Assembly: GCF_009834535.1 (NCBI RefSeq)
Contig: NC_045697.1
Location: forward strand, 94,676,001-94,740,000
Source of the DNA: Camelus ferus
Lineage: Eukaryota
Reading direction: 5' to 3'
DNA: 64,000 bases
Shown here in pieces: positions 1-11,756 of this stretch. The translations under genes were made by a program, and so were the position numbers. The stretch's first letter is position 1. Every line of letters starts with the position of its first letter. The notes under the pieces were generated by a model. It saw only the letters and a list, made by a program, of their open reading frames with translations. It was not told the DNA's origin and ran no database searches.

Positions 1-37
1 GAATTTACATTTTTAAGAGATTTAATATCTATATGTG

Positions 38-63
38 CCACACATGCACACACACACACACAT
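38..63. repeat. Short imperfect (CA)n microsatellite
   Basis: ccacacatgcacacacacacacacat read directly. Confidence 0.8.
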
Positions 64-1496
64 CTTGAAAACCAAATAGGATAGGTGAGTTGTTTGCTTC
101 TAAATATGATTAGACTCCATCACTAGCAAAGTGAAGAGAAATAACAATATTGAATATTTGTCCAGTGGATAAAAATGATGTAATGGGTTAGGACTGGAAA
201 GGTAGGCTGTGGAAAGTCTTTGGTGGGCTTTATTCTGTAGTCAGTATTAAGTCATAAGAAGTTACCGAGAAGAGAAATTCTGTTACTTAGGTATTGAAAA
301 GTTAACTGTGAAGGAAAAGAAAAGATAGGAGTTTTTTTGTTAGTTTGGTTTTGTTTTTTAAGGTTTGAGATTCAGACCCAGGAAGGCTTGTCAAGAGAGA
401 GCTGTAATTATCCAGAAGAAAAACTTACTATTCTTTGTATTTCCCTGTTTACAAATTTTTCTAGATAGTGATTAAATTCTTCTCCAAAGTCATATAATTC
501 CTATCCTGTTGCTTTTTTTTAGTACATTCCTTAATTAACTTAGTGCCTCTATTGTTACATGATTGACATTGACTCTTAGTCCAGTTATCAAAATCTTTAC
601 TGAAAGCTATGATTGGTCAAGGCTTGTAATTTCTATTTAAATTTAATTCTCTTTAAAAATCAGGATGTTCTGATATAGTTCCTACTCATCTATTCTCACT
701 GTGATAGGCAGTGTGTTTGCCTAACTGCCTGATAATTGAATATTTGTATAGAATTATTCTAATGAATGAAATTCAATTTAATTGTGAAAAGAAAAAAGTG
801 AAGGAAATCAGTTCTTTAATCCATAAAAAAAAGAAAGAGAGAAAGAGAGATAGAAAAGTTGAGTCTTCTATGCCAGAAACAATAAAAAGAAATGTAACAG
901 ATCATAAGAACAGATAAAAGATATAGCCATTGACTTTATTGAATTTAACAATTAGAGAGAAAAGCTGGAAAGTAGGTAATTTTAAAATTTTTAGTAACTA
1001 CTATAATCAATGGGAAACAGCAAAGGAATTTAAGACTAAAGTGTAAGAAAGTACTGATTCAGGGATGATTTGAGGGAGGTAACATATGTGATGAAACTTA
1101 AACAATGAGAATGAATTTATGTGACTTTTTTTTCAGTCTGATTCTTTCTGACACAAAAAATGCAGTGTTTTGGGGAGGGTTTAGGAAGGAGATTGCTTCC
1201 TTTTCCTTATACAACCATCATGGATTTTCTCAGTTCCATAGTTCTCAAGTGTACCAAATGGGTGAGTGGTAGATAGGATTAGAGATGATTAGGATTAGAG
1301 ATGATGATTGTATAAGAAATTGTGTTATGGGATGTCGCTCTACATCCTTAAAAGCACTATTTACGAACATGTACATTGTTGCTGCTTTGTTGGTTACTTG
1401 AACCAGCTGCATCAGAACAGATTTTTTTCTTTCACTTGAGCATAAGTCTGATCCAGGTAAAAGGTAGGGCAGGAGGTGGCAATAGCACATAATGAG

Positions 1497-2005
1497 TGTT
1501 ATTTTGGTGCCACTTTGCTTTTGTTTTTTGTTTTTATTGCAATATAGTCAGTTACAACGTGTCCATTTTTGGTGTACAGCACAATGTCCCAGTCAAGACT
1601 GCATGTGAAGGGTAATCCCCGACAGCATGTGACCTTCCAGAGGTAACAGCTTGGGCCACCAACAAGAAGGGGAAGAAGACAGGGGAACTCCAGGGAATGG
1701 AGATGGGGGCTGCAGAATCGCAGAGGGAGCTTGCACGTCCTAATGATGTTGGTTAATAGCACAATGGGAAGTTTCTGGGTCAGAGAATCTGAAGGGCAGC
1801 AGTGGCATGGGGTCTTCATGGTCCCAGGGTTTATCTTACCTATGGCTAGCAGATCTTGGGTGTAGTTTGAGGAGCATGCAAAGCAGGAAGGCTATAAATG
1901 TTTAAACATCTGCTATTTTCAGCTATAGTTAAAGCAACTGGATGTGTAAAAATTTGAGTTTCAGTGTTGAACTAATGCTCCCAGCCTGCCTTGAAGAAAT
2001 AAACA
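1497..2005 (-). mobile_element. Solo LTR, probably ERVL class (LTR47/LTR53/MER74-like group), interrupted by a short L1 3' tag
   Basis: TG...CA-type ends (tgttattttgg at 1497, aaataaaca ending 2005). The minus strand reads aaactcaaatttttacacatccagttgctttaactatagc and tctgctagccataggtaagataaaccc, which I recall from eutherian ERVL LTR consensus. No TSD seen. Confidence 0.6.
1519..1595 (-). mobile_element. Severely 5'-truncated L1 3' end (artiodactyl/camelid type)
   Basis: T-rich tail followed by tttttattgcaatatagtcagttacaacgtgtccatttttggtgtacagcacaatgtcccagtca, the reverse complement of an L1 3' UTR terminus including its polyA signal. Confidence 0.75.
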
Positions 2006-2734
2006 GTATAGGGTCAAATACAGTGACCCTATACTGTTAAATACTCTTTAACCCATTTATTGTAACAGGCATACAGAGCATTAGTATAGATTGTACATTG
2101 CTTCTTTCAAGTCTAAGTGAGTAGCTCAGTTGACTAAACTAAGTCAAGAATTTACCTAGTAGGGAAGCATCATTTCTTGACAATAATATATTCATTCTGT
2201 GACTTAAATTTTTTAAAGCACATTCAAATACTGTACCCTTTTTTGAGCTTCATTGCAGTCTTAGAAGTTAACTTTTTTCCTTTTTATTTCCTTTTTATCT
2301 CACAGAGTTGAAAAGATCTGCCTACAGTAAATATAAAATTCATAAACACGTAAGAATGATTTAGGAAAATGATTTGAGGAAGATCATTTTCATTCCTTCA
2401 TACATAAAATAAAGTAGGTAGCTACTTGGTCTCTAAGGATGCTTCCAAAGTTAGGTGTTGTGATTAATGTTCTAATATTTTCTTTACTGATATAAGAATC
2501 CTGTTATATTTACCTTATTAATTAGTTTAATAATTCTTTTCATTCATAGGTAATAAAATATTAAGTCTCAATTTAGTCCAAGCTGGTTTAATCAAAGGAA
2601 ACAATAGAAACATTTCTATAAGATGACAGGTAAAAAATAGATGCACATTATACACTGAAGTATGGACACTGCTACTATTTGGTAAAGGATACAGAGATAA
2701 GGTCACTAATTTTATTGAGTACCTTCTGTTTGCC

Positions 2735-2895
2735 AAGCATCTCTCTGCATTATTTTCTTACAACAGCCTTCTCCAGCAGATAGCACCTACCTAATTTCTG
2801 GGATGAGGAAACAAAATCTCTAATTTATCAATAATGTACCCAAGGTGATTTAATTTATAACTGGCATGGTCTGGATTCAAGTGTCTCTTCTTTAA
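2735..2895. mobile_element. MIR SINE fragment
   Basis: Degenerate MIR core: gatgaggaaac...ccaaggt...ctggattcaa. Confidence 0.55.
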
Positions 2896-3672
2896 AACCT
2901 CATAATTTGATAAATTATTATGAGTCTCGATTCTAGATATTCAATTAGTAAGATTTCATTGTTTCATCTTAAAGTTTAAGTATTCTTAACATTAAATGTT
3001 AGCTGATTTTCATCTAAACATATCCTCTAATGCTTTCTAAATTCTGTACAGACTCAAAATACATACATAATTTTATTCTACCCACTTTTGAAGTCACATA
3101 TTATAATAGAAGAAATGTGATTCAGGGATTTATTACATTAAAGCTTAAGTGAAGAGACTAATTTAGATATTTCAAACAATGAAATAAAGACTATTTTCAA
3201 ATGTATTTCCAGAACTTTCAGTCCCTTAAAAAAGTAAATGATAATTAATTTTAATTAGAAAATAAGCAAATGATGTTATCCCTGTCCATATTTTCTTATA
3301 TCTCCTAATCATGTTACACAGGAAAAAGTACACACATACACATGCAGCCTTGGTCTCACGACTGTGGTATCACTTTATGGCTATTATAAAAATGTCCCAT
3401 ACTTTAAGCAACTAAAAGTGCGTGGCTGAAGTCAAAATAAGACTAGTGTTATTTCTAATTTCATGTTGTGTCGAGTCATGTTTCAGGTTGAAAAGCTTTC
3501 CCTATCTTGACAAGGAAATAGAAACTTAGGCTACTATAATAATTTTCCTTTTTAAACAACCTAAATGAAAGTCTACCAAATATCAAGAAGAGAAATTAAA
3601 ATGGGATATTAGCAACAAATTGCCAGCATTAGAACCACTCACTATCCCTATTCAAAGTGTTCCTGTAACAAT

Positions 3673-3798
3673 TATGGTGATTATATAACTTGTCACCTAA
3701 ACCAGGACACTTTTGAGAGGTAAAGGGGGGAGGCTGTAGTTATTTTGGTTTAATTAACAAGGATTCTCCCAGGGAAATAGGGAAATATATTCACCCTA
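3673..3798. mobile_element. hAT-Blackjack MITE (MER81/MER94-like)
   Basis: Terminal inverted repeats tatggtga...tcacccta; internal ccaggacacttttgagaggtaaaggggg matches the recalled consensus. Confidence 0.75.
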
Positions 3799-4244
3799 AT
3801 TATTTTAGAATCCAGTATTTGTATAGGAAGTGTTTCTTGCCCATATGCACACAAAAAGTACACTTTATTCCTTTGTAAAATCAATTTCTACAAAGTCTAT
3901 ATGGAGAAGGTAGAAGTGAAGACAGCATCCATCTTACTTTATATAAAATCAGGTATTTATAAAAGTCAGTTTGTTCAAATATAATGAACTATTTATATGG
4001 ACTCTTAAGATCTCTTATTCCAACAAAAACCAAATGACTTCATGAGTAACATGAGTCAGAAAGATGCTTCTTTATTTTTTTGCTTATATAGAAGCTATTC
4101 ATGTATATAGTAAACCTTGCAAAACAGAGAAGCAGCCTCTCAGTTTCCCAGTTCGGATGTTTTTCTTAAGTACATTTCTTATTTTAACTTTTGTACTATT
4201 CATAAATCACACTTATCTTTTTTTTAACCAGAATTTAACTATCT

Positions 4245-4331
4245 CATGGCAGGGACTGTGTCTTACTCATTCTTTTATTGTCCACAGGGCCTTCTAGTGC
4301 CCTGCATAAGACAGGCATTGAATAAACATTT
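4245..4331 (+). mobile_element. L2 LINE 3' end
   Basis: ggcagggactgtgtcttactcattc...gcattgaataaacattt, the typical L2 terminus. Confidence 0.7.
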
Positions 4332-4631
4332 CCTCATTTGAAATAAATGGATTGGTTCAAACATTATTACTCAGGTCCTATTAACGTTGCAAGTTATAAT
4401 CAACATACATGTTTTAAAGAAAATTCCAGCTTATAGCTTATTCTATTTCTTTGCTCTGAAAAATCTATGCTTGCTTCACAAATAGTGTGTTCTTTATCTA
4501 GTCATTTCAAAATTCATTTTGAGAAAAAAAAGTAACTGTAAAGTAGTATTGTTAGCAAGAGATACTCAAATATAAGCTTATACCTTAAAAATAATTCCAG
4601 TTGTAAAAAGTATATGCTGTATCTTGTATCA

Positions 4632-4958
4632 CAAGGGGTCAGCAAAGTTTTTCTGAGATGAGTCAAATAGTAAATATTTGTGGGATTATAAGCCCTATAC
4701 TCTTTGCTGTAACTACTCAATTCTATTGTACCATGAAAGCAACCACAGAAAATATGCAAATGAATATGGCTGCAGTCCAGCAAATCTTTATGTATGGACA
4801 CTAAAATTCAGATTTCATATAGTTTTCACGTTCCTGAAATAATTTTCTTTTCTTTTTCTTTCAGTCATGTATACACATGAAAATAATCTTAGCTTGCAGG
4901 ATATATGAAAATAGACAGACAACAGGATTTGACCTGTGAGCCATAGATATAACCCCTG
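4632..4958 (+). mobile_element. hAT-Charlie MITE, MER58B-like, essentially full length
   Basis: TIRs caaggggtcagcaaa...aacccctg; 8-bp TSD ttgtatca (4624-4631) / ttctatca (4959-4966); internal aaatagtaaatattt and aactactcaa motifs. Confidence 0.88.
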
Positions 4959-5479
4959 TTCTATCAAGGGATGTCATTCATTTTCAGTCATACCCACACT
5001 CACAACCAAAAATACCTATAATTCTCATTTGCTGATTTTTCAATTATGAAGGACAAATACCATATTTTTATTTTATTCTTAGCCACTTCATGAAAGATGA
5101 GATTGATTTAAGCTGAATTATGTTAAATAAGGGCACGGAATCATAAACATCTGACATTAGCATGGAGACATATGTGCCTATACATCAATGCAGTCTTGGG
5201 GAACAAAAATTGGAATATATTATAATTAATTGAATTAAATCCAAAATGTACATTTATCTTCTAATCCATAGCATTAACTTTACAAAAGGTTTTTATTCCA
5301 GTCCAATATATGCTACAATAAGATGAAAAAAGTATGTATCATAAAAATTCCATTTAGTTAAACAAAAATTATAATCTTTATACATATATTTTTGTTTATA
5401 TACAGAAAATATGTCTTCATGTATACATGCATACTCATGTATGTAAAAATGTGATTTCCTCACAAAAACAGCTGGTGGC

Positions 5480-6385
5480 TGATGGAGGATGATTACAGTT
5501 GAGGTATAAATTAGAAGCTTTGGATATCAAACAGAAAATATAATTAGAAACACAAAGGAGGAAAAAATCAAGGGCATGAGAGTCACAGGAAAAAAATGAG
5601 GAAATGACAAATGAATCCAGGAAATGTAAAATACAAATAATAGGAGGAGAAAAAAGAAATGAATGGAAGTGAGAATAATTATTCCAACAAAAGAAAAATA
5701 ACATCCCTAAAATGAATAATGGTCTGAATATGCAAATGATAACATTTTGCTGGATGAAACTGCTGACAAAACAATACAAACTTTGAGTAATTCAAAAACT
5801 GAAGAAAATTGTAAAGATTCCCACTCAGAAATACAAGCTACTTAACAAGTAAATTGAGTTTCTCTTTACCAACACTGGAACCCAAAGACAGCAAGCAATA
5901 TGTATAGCTACTGAAAGAAAAGGGCTGCCCCACAGAAACCTACACACAACAATGATGTAGTTCATTAGACAAAATGAAAGAAATTAATTTGCTCATACAA
6001 AGGAAATACATCACTCACTCTACAATCTGAGGAAAATACTTGGGACAGGAATCTAGAAAACCGATAGAGGAACCAAAACAAAACCTCAAGAGGAGGAGAA
6101 TGTGCAGAGGAAAGAAATCAATGGTGAGCAATAAACTTCAGCATATCAAAAATTAAGTCCAAGTTAATAAAGTGTTAGCTATAATTCCAGAACAACTATT
6201 CTTAGAAAAGAAAATGCTTGCTACAACAGAAACAGTGTTAGCTGTTCATTAAAATGCTATTGTAACTAAGGAAAATGTAGAATACTTTGATAGGGTAAAT
6301 TTTGTTGTAAAGCAGCAACATAATTCTAAGAACTCATCATAATTTTAATACAGAAAGGCAGTAGCAAACAGAGTAACCTAGTGTG

Positions 6386-6438
<53 letters not shown>

Positions 6439-6915
6439 ACATATATGTGTGTGTGTGTGTGTATCACACACATATATATTTGATAATAGTATAAATGTAT
6501 GGCAGGGAAACAGAAGAGAAAGTATCCATTAATGAAATTGAAAAGTACAAATAATCTCCCAAATTAATAAGGTAAAGAAGGTCAATGTGAAGCAACTTGA
6601 TCAAAACATAAAGTAAGGGTAAGAAGAAAAAACTAAATTTAAAATAATACACAAAAACAGAAGAAGAACTCATATGTATCATTTTTTTATTCTAAATGTG
6701 AGTTGACTGTTTAGTCCCGTAATGACAGATTTACAAGCTAGAATAAGAAATATATCCCAGCCAGTAATAAAGATAGAGTAAACTATGCAGTAACATAAAT
6801 GTCAGAAATATAAAATTTAGGAATACAAGCACAAAAAAGAATAAATAAGGGTATATTATAAGAAAAAAGTACAAAGTCATAAGATAAAAACTATTCAAAT
6901 AAAAATTTTTAAGTA
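5480..6915 (+). mobile_element. Ancient L1 (L1M-type) ORF1 region running into the start of the ORF2 endonuclease, highly decayed
   Basis: Strongly A-rich strand; ORF1-like tracts (atccaggaaatgtaaaatacaaataatagga; aaaataacatccctaaaatgaa); EN-like aagggtatattata...aaaagtacaa near 6850. Confidence 0.55.
6388..6478. repeat. Compound (TA)n(TG)n microsatellite
   Basis: atatatat...gtgtgtgt...cacacacatatata read directly. Confidence 0.95.
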
Positions 6916-6939
6916 TTTTATCTGAGAGATGACATTTAA

Positions 6940-7301
6940 TCTGAGAGACAGAGAGAATTTATTCTAAGGAACTGGCTCATGCAACTGGGTATGGGGTGGG
7001 TGGGACAGTGTCACCATGGCAGGCTTGAGACCCAGGAAAGGGTTGATGTTACTGTCTCTAGGCCAAAGGCAGAGGTCTGGGGGCAGAATTCTTTCCTCCT
7101 TGTGGGGCTTAGCCCTTTTTCTTAAAGCTTTCAACTGACTGGATAAGGCCCATCACCATTACAGAGGCTAATCTGTTTCACTCAAAATCTACAGATTTAA
7201 ATACTAAACGCATCAACATTTACAGTGACATCTAGACTATACTGAACCAAAAATTGTCTAGCATGGCCTTGTCAAATTTACACGTAGAATTAACCATCAC
7301 A
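6940..7301 (-). mobile_element. MLT2 (ERVL) LTR, 5' and middle portion, lying inside an inverted segment
   Basis: atttattctaaggaactggctcatg...ttcaactgactggataaggccc...aattaaccatcaca is the reverse complement of MLT2 starting tgtgatggttaatt. Confidence 0.9.
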
Positions 7302-7545
7302 GTCAAATGTCTGATTGATGTTGATAAATGTATATGATGCAAATATGAGACATAGTTTTCTTTATTTACATCTATATTATTTTGAATGTGTGAATTATAT
7401 TACCTTGCTCCTCAGAGGATTTATTAATTATTCATTTACTAGATGGTTCTAAATCTGAAAGAATTACATGAAAAGTTTTTACCATACCTTTATTTTTCTA
7501 ATTCTTCTTACATTTTAAAAACATTTTGCTTCTATATTTATACAT
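7302..7545 (-). mobile_element. Ancient L1 ORF2 endonuclease fragment, inverted relative to the flanking L1
   Basis: Reverse complement reads aatatagaagcaaaa...agaattagaaaaata...tatacatttatcaac...catttgac, collinear with the L1 EN region KYMKQKL...YTFFS...KID; T-rich on the + strand, unlike its flanks. Confidence 0.6.
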
Positions 7546-7559
7546 ATATATGATAAGAG

Positions 7560-7653
7560 AAAGTAGCACATAGTAGTATATAGATTTATGTATATATATA
7601 TTTTGCACACATACACATCTTACTAGTCTGTTTCTCTGGAGAACCCTAATATA
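7560..7653 (+). mobile_element. MLT2 LTR 3' terminus
   Basis: TA-rich tract then atcttactagtctgtttctctggagaaccctaatata (MLT2 consensus end ...ctgtttctctggagaaccctgactaataca). Confidence 0.85.
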
Positions 7654-8070
7654 TTGGCCACAAAGAAAATCTTGATAAAACTTTTAAATCAAATATTTTA
7701 TGATCTAAATCTCTATAGTATTTTAGATAATTTTAAAAAGGTAAAACTCTTAATAGCTTGGAAAATATGGAAAAAAAGAGACCAAAAAGAAAATCAAATA
7801 TGAAATACCAAGCTATCCAGGAAGAAATAAAAATTTCCACTTCATATAAAATGGCAACACAGCAAAATCTGTACTTAGAAGCAAATATAGATTAAAATAT
7901 ATTCATTAGTAAAGAAGGAAAAATCTTACAATAGGTTTTAAAGTTTAGAAAAATATTCAAATGAAACTAGCTAAAATATATATATAAATATAAGAGCTAA
8001 AATAAATGAATAGAAATAAATGTGCAAAATATTCATAGATTCAAAGTCCTGTGTTTGAAAAATATTAGTT
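7654..8070 (+). mobile_element. Ancient L1 ORF2 fragment (end of EN domain onward)
   Basis: ggccacaaagaaaatcttgataaa (GHK-x-x-L-x-K motif), then agcaaaatctgtacttagaagcaaat and aaataaatgaatagaaa, in L1 ORF2 order. Confidence 0.65.
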
Positions 8071-8749
8071 AAAACCTGGTTGCATTTTGTCTCATAATAG
8101 TTTTACTTTCTCTTGAAGAGTAACATAGCCTGCTGACTATTTGTTTTCTCCTTTTTCACTTCTGTATGCCATATGCTGTTACTCTACTAAGTTTTCCCTG
8201 ATTTTAGGTGTATGGAGAAACCGAGTGACCAATGTGAAGCTATCTACAGCTTATAATTATTCTTTTTCGCTAAGAGATCTGTTGTTGCAAAGAGAGATGA
8301 TTCCATCAGAGTAATTTCTGTTTGGGTTTACCTGAACACCAGTGATTAACCAAAGCACGGTGATGCGACAAATGGTGTAAGCTCTATGAAATTTTCAGAG
8401 TAATTCTGTCCATACAAATATGGAATTGGAATTTGGAAAAAGCAAATGAATTACCGTCAGTGCCAATAAATGGATGTAAACTGGGAGCTTGGCAATGGCC
8501 TTATGCCTTCAAAAAATCCCTGGAGTAAAGGGGATAAGGGCATAAGAGAGAAAGGGACAGAAAAAATTTAAATTAAATGACATTCGATTCCTATTTGTTC
8601 AACTTTTACGTGGATTCTACTGGATATTTTAATTCACTTCTTAAAAACTTATGTTTTGCTTAAGCAAAATTGCAATGGATTTGTATAATTTGCAACCTAG
8701 AGACCTTAGGTAAAAAGCACAGTATCCAGACCATATTCTGTGATGTATA

Positions 8750-9420
8750 TGCTATGCCAGGTCCAGATTTAAGTACTCAGATAATCAGAGAAATGTCTGT
8801 GCTCTCAGCAAATATGTGTAGTATAGGAGTGGACTAATACAATAAGAACCAAAAATATTATAATGTGGGATATAAAGGGCATATAAAGAAGAGAGGTAAC
8901 TCATTCAGTTAAAGGGCTTACAGAAGACTCCTGAGCTGAGGTGACACTTGAACTGCGTGTTTGAGCATAAGTGGCATTTAACCAAGTGCAAAACGTGGGA
9001 GAAAGTCATGCTAGACAGCAGAAACCTGTATAAAGGCCCAGAGGAGTAAGAGAGAAGGTCATTTTCAAGCATCTATAAATAACCAAAAGTGTAGGGAGAA
9101 GAGGGAGGCATAATGGAAAAGGAATATAAATAAGACAAGCAACAAATTATACTCAACCTTTCCCTGAGTGTGATGGGAAACCACAGAAAGATTTAAAACT
9201 GGGTGAAATGATAAATTTTAAATTTTAGAAGACACTCTGGAAGAACTTTGGAGGATATGGAGTGGCCAAAAAAGCAAGGGAAGAGATATGTGGAAGCTAT
9301 AAGGAAATTCTGTTTGAAATAAGGTAAGTAGCTGAACTAAGCAGAGAAAAATGGTAACAGGACGGAAGGGATGGGCTCAGGAGATAACCAGAAGATAACC
9401 AGGAGATAAGTAACTAGTGG
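8750..9420 (-). mobile_element. L2 LINE fragment
   Basis: gaggtgacacttgaactg, aaaggcccagagg, tgatgggaaaccacagaaagatttaaa and ttttagaagacactctgg are antisense L2 hallmarks. Confidence 0.7.
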
Positions 9421-9869
9421 GCCTCCAGAAGCACAGGTCGGGGACCTGGTCAGAGGCTGTTTTCACACTTGTCACACAGGTAAAAATGTGAAGTCCATTT
9501 GCACTGTGTGAGGACCAATTAAGTGGGATAAAGCAGAGCACCTTGAAAAATTAAAAAAAAAACTATAAATATATTTGACATTGGTCTTGTTATGCTCAGA
9601 TGTATTATTAGATACTAAACAGTCCTTTCAGTCACTCCAGTTATAGCCGATTGCTGTATCTCTGGAACAGAACACTGCATGCTCGTCTCCACTCTGGCCC
9701 TCTGATCACTTCTCCTTCCTACTCTCCCTTCCACTTCTTTCATCTCCTTTCATTCTCCATCCTCTCTCTGTATTTCCTCAACTCCTCTTTTTCTCTTGTG
9801 TCACAGAGAGCACTTCTTCAAGACATTAACAGAGGCTAGGAACAGGGATTAAGACTGAGTTCATATGTA

Positions 9870-10320
9870 TCATGTATTGTTTATTGAGCAATTATGATGG
9901 GCCAGGCGCTGTGGTGATGAGGCAAAATGGGTCCCTGTCCTCACTAAACTTACAGTCTACCAGGTAAGACAGTCAACTGAAGAAGCGTTGGGGGCACATG
10001 TGTGTGTATATGTGTGTGTATGTCTGGGTGTGTGTAGAGACAGCAAGAGTGAGAGAACAAGTCAGAGGCTTTGGATTTCCATGGGATCGTAGAGCAGGAA
10101 CCTAATATACAGCTAGAAATATCAGTCTTTACAGGATAAATAATGTTTAGGAGGAGAAGTAGCATATGAAGAAGGGTTATTTAGGCATCACTGGGGGTTA
10201 GGGGATAAGAATTTTTCCAGATAAGGAAAGGACCTCCTTAAATGACCTGATGCAGAAGATAATACTATAACTTCCAGGAATAACGATGACCAGTTGGCCT
10301 GGAAAACAGGCGGTAGAGAA
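9870..10320 (-). mobile_element. L2 LINE 3' fragment
   Basis: tttattgagcaattatgatgggccaggcgctgtg...gtccctgtcctcactaaacttacagtcta. Confidence 0.65.
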
Positions 10321-11409
10321 ACACTGAGGAGTCACTAGTGTCAAGGATGTCAAAATGAGTATTGTGTTACTATAAGAAGGACACTGCCTTAAGAATCACA
10401 GAGTGATAACAAATTGTACTTTAAAGCAAAACTCTATCTAAGAAAGAATTTCTGAATCAGAATATTTCTAATTATTATTACATTGGGGGAATACAGGGAA
10501 TATTAAATTGACCTTAAGACAAAGGAGAAAAAATGGTATTTTTATAGAATTAATTATGATTTCTATTAAAGAAAACCATTCTCTGATTAGATTTTTAAAA
10601 TACAACGTGCTGACTGAAAAACTGATTAAATGGCTTGAAATTGCTTGCATACAGAAAGGAATATACTTGAAAAATAGACATAAGTGTAGCATAATTTACT
10701 GCCATAAAACACTCCAAGATAGTGTTATTATCTCCTCATATATGGAGGGTTCCCCACTCAGCAATAAAGGCAGAAAGAACAATTGATAGACAGAAGCGGC
10801 ATCAAGGACTGCAAAGCAGAAACACATCATCTCTACATGGCATGACCTCCATTATCGGCAGACCTGTCACTCACACCCACTGGGGATGCTCCGGGTATCA
10901 TTCAAAGAAGTTGACTATTATAGGGCCAAGTGGAAGACTCCCATTACATGTAAGTAAATTGCCTATCAGCCTACAGCAGTAGAAGCTCCTCAAGAAATGA
11001 TGCAAAGGTCAAAAGAAAAGTAATAAAAAACCCACTGACCAACAATGCAATAATATGTAGTATCTATTTTAAGTTATACCTCTGATTTTTTCAAGGACTC
11101 AAAAATATATTAGAAAATTCATAAACCCCTTTGTTCAGAAAAAAAGCAATTGGAATCACTAAAATCCATTCCAGTGTGGGAGAAAAAGCCTAATCTATTG
11201 ATCAACTGAAATTCAGGATTGTATAGGCCCATTTAAATTATTTATTTATGTATTTATTTATTTATTCTTTCTTTCTTTCTTTTATATCTATGCTCATAAT
11301 AAAATAGCTACTTTTGTTTTATTCAAACTACTAATTGGTGTTAATCAGTGTTCAGTAAGAACAGAGTAATAGTCTACTACTAATGGTTAAAAGAAAACGT
11401 AAAACAATT

Positions 11410-11475
11410 TGTTTTTTTGTTTTTATAAATATATTTTTATTGAAGTATAGTCAGTTTACAATGTTGTGTCAATTT
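11410..11475 (-). mobile_element. Severely truncated L1 3' end (camelid/artiodactyl type)
   Basis: T-rich tail plus tttttattgaagtatagtcagtttacaatgttgtgtcaattt. Confidence 0.8.
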
Positions 11476-11756
11476 TAAGATATATGAACTTATTTTAGAA
11501 TTAGGAGATTAAGATTTTATTTTTATGTTTAAATCATCTAATCAGATTTCAATCAGATTTAAATATTTTCAGTCTTTTATTCATCCTGTATTTCCTTCAG
11601 TTGATATAAACTGAATTGACAGTTGTACTTTTAACATATGAATAAAATAAATGTGTGAATCTACAGTAAGAAATCTGTATGCTTTATAGTTTTGCATTGT
11701 TACTATAACTATATTTTTGTGATCTTTAGTTTGTTACTATTCTTTCCTTCCCTCTC

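Noticed and set aside
9380..9410. Three 11-bp units each containing AGATAA (GATA sites)
   Set aside because: Short slippage repeat within decayed L2 sequence; no other support for function.
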